Positions 61,953 through 64,000 of a stretch of DNA of 64,000 nt are shown piece by piece. The translations under genes were made by a program, and so were the position numbers. Under the pieces are notes generated by a model. That model did no database searches. It was not told the origin of the DNA and saw only the letters and a list, made by a program, of their open reading frames with translations. The DNA lies in the NCBI GenBank assembly GCA_047495785.1, contig JBLDXI010000013.1:4340001-4404000 (forward strand). Direction: 5' to 3'. The stretch is from Lepidodermella squamata. Its lineage: Eukaryota; Animalia; Gastrotricha. The number at the start of each line of letters is the position of its first letter. Positions within the stretch are counted from its first letter, which is position 1.

Positions 61953-63983
61953 TCAAGCCTCCGGTAGCGCAAACAGCAAAACGTTGGCATCGGCATCACC
62001 GGGCTCGCTCGACCTGTAACGATACGTCGCCGGTCTGTGAAGGACAGAGCAGATGAGATTATAGCTATTTTTGTTATTTTCATGCATACCCTCCCGTGCA
62101 AGTGAAGCAAGTCTGACCAGCATCTATGAAAGTACCATTAGCGACAACGCTCATCCACCAGCCACCTCCCAAAAATGTCGAGACAGTGAAAGCGGTATAA
62201 TAGCTGTAGGTTCCAGCAAGGACGGTACTGTACTGGGAAGGCAGGCACGATGCCTGCGAAAATACAACTCGGCATGAATTTGAAATTTGATGCAAGAAAA
62301 TTGTTTCATACATCGTTATAGTTCTGCACGCATATCTTATATTTGTTAGCTTCATTGCTGATGAAACCGTTGTAGTAAAGAGCTTGATAAGAGCCAGCAG
62401 ATCTGATTTGCTTGAAAAAATTCCATCGCTCTGTAGGACAACATTAATTTTCAAAGCTTTCATGCTAGTTGGCATTACGCATTATTTGAGTCCACGTTGT
62501 TACGGCTGTAGAAGATGGCGCTAAAGCCTGAACAGCCATGTTAGCCGTCAGTGATCCAGTGTAGGTCCAGTAGAGCAACGGCTCCGTGCTAACTGGTGGG
62601 TTGTAAACCTCGATCACCGCTGAAGTAAGGCTATCGAATCGAAACTATAATAGAACAAATGCTTTCCTATTTCGAATAGCTGGGTTATCTATAAAAACGT
62701 TGCCTTCTTCAAGCCGGGGGTATTGCAGCCGCAAAGAATCAGTTTTTCGCTGGTTGGATCTTTGCAGACGCAAGTCGATCGTCGAGCGATCATCAATTGC
62801 CCAGCGCGATGCGTGAAAGTGGCACATCTCGTGCTTGAGGTTTCGCTTTTTAAAACCAGCTGAGTCACGGAGCCACTCGCCATCAGTTGCACGCACCAAG
62901 TTGAAGAGACAATGAGCGCGAAATCTGCGAAATCGTAATAAATAGGATTTGTTGCTTTTTACTTCGGAGGGGATATTCGTACTTGAACGGCTTTCCGGTT
63001 ACGTAATATTTGAAATTTTTTGGCCATAATAATGACTCCAAATATTTGAACCACTAAAACTGAGGTTTCAGCACTAAATTGTTCATAGTCTTTGAGATTC
63101 CAGCATTTTCGTTTTTTGATCGATACTGATGCCCTCCCTCCCCGAACCTAGGATTTAACTACCTGGTCCCCTAAGCTACGTAGAAAAAATATCGATGTTG
63201 GGTTCCGAAGTGGCTGATATCGGAAAAATCACTGATTTGTAAAATCGATACTTGGAATCGATATCGACTCTGCAGGCGGAAGTATAACTCGTAAATAGAC
63301 CATTTTTTGCGCAAAATTCCCGAACATGAAGAACTAGCAATTAGGCATGATAACAAAAAAAATCGAGATTCCAGAGAAGACATGAAACTCGAAAAAGCAT
63401 ATTTCAGAGAAATCTAGCTCTGGAATCTCAAATTTGGTGCTGATGGAACTATAAAATTAGAGTGCGCACTTAGCTTACCCTATTATAATCTGATTTTCAA
63501 ACCGAATAAGATTCCTATCAAAGAGGCTGATATCATGATCAAATTTGCTGGCAAAAACCTGAAATTTTAGGGAAGGATACCTGAAAGGCCCCGAACCTTC
63601 CTTATAACACAATTTTTGAAAATAGCGACTGACTCCTGTTTTGCCGGCAAACTTGATTAGACCAAAAGTTATTTTATCCCAGTTTTATACGTGTGAGATA
63701 TGATTCTTGCTCAGTTTTCTCAGAATATAACGTAAACCGGAAGCCGTTCAAGTAAGAATATTAAAAAATGAGAAAACCCTTTTTACTTACCTCCTGATGT
63801 CAGCTGGTTACCGATGTCTAAGCCAATAAATTTAGTCGCATTAGTCTTCGACGCGAAACCTGATACATAACGGAAGAATTGTTGGTAAAAAATACTAAAA
63901 CCAGTTTTAATGTGACCCTGTTTGTAATCCTGCCAGTCCATGCTCGAAAAATCCAAATCGGCATACGCTAAATACCGATAGAT
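61953..63983 (-). CDS. Divergent fibrinogen-related domain (FReD) gene, 3' part, antisense within the RPUSD2 intron
   Basis: Exons 63983(or 63967)-63917, 63859-63791, 62924-62704 (GC donor), 62644-62479, 62430-62312, 62253-62090 and 62034-61953 join in frame. Motifs DFSSMDWQDYKQGF..FIGLDIGNQLTSG, ALYYNGFISNEANKYKICVQNY and GGGWW. Confidence 0.68.
62973..63762. mobile_element. Non-autonomous element with imperfect ~38-bp TIRs, containing an inverted copy of the dispersed repeat
   Basis: atattcgtacttgaacggctttccggttacgtaatatt / aatataacgtaaaccggaagccgttcaagtaagaatat. Fills most of FReD intron 62925-63790. Confidence 0.6.
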
Positions 63984-64000
63984 CTACTTCAACTTAGTCA

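Overview
Gene-dense eukaryotic DNA, probably from an invertebrate spiralian/lophotrochozoan (inference from the Pif-like genes, ~50-60 nt introns and a TTAGGG tract). Gene models were built by hand from splice signals; no database searches were run. Left to right: the 5' half of an ABCB1/P-glycoprotein gene (-); two paralogous secreted VWA / Thr-rich linker / chitin-binding / laminin-G genes of Pif/BMSP-like architecture (+), with a retropepsin-like gene (-) between them; a trypsin-fold gene lacking the catalytic His; a single-exon secreted toxin/antimicrobial-peptide-like precursor (-); a fucosyltransferase-like gene; PTPN23 (-), a C2HC zinc-finger gene and USP8 (+); a DUF288/STELLO-like gene with transposon-filled introns; and the 5' part of RPUSD2, whose long intron appears to hold an antisense fibrinogen-domain gene missed by the ORF track. 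Several MITEs have recognisable TIRs and target-site duplications. The standout finding is in the first Pif-like gene: its mucin linker is encoded by 14 consecutive symmetric phase-2 exons, mostly 21-48 nt. Every skipping combination stays in frame and free of stops, which suggests a splice-tunable spacer. The paralog encodes its linker in one exon.
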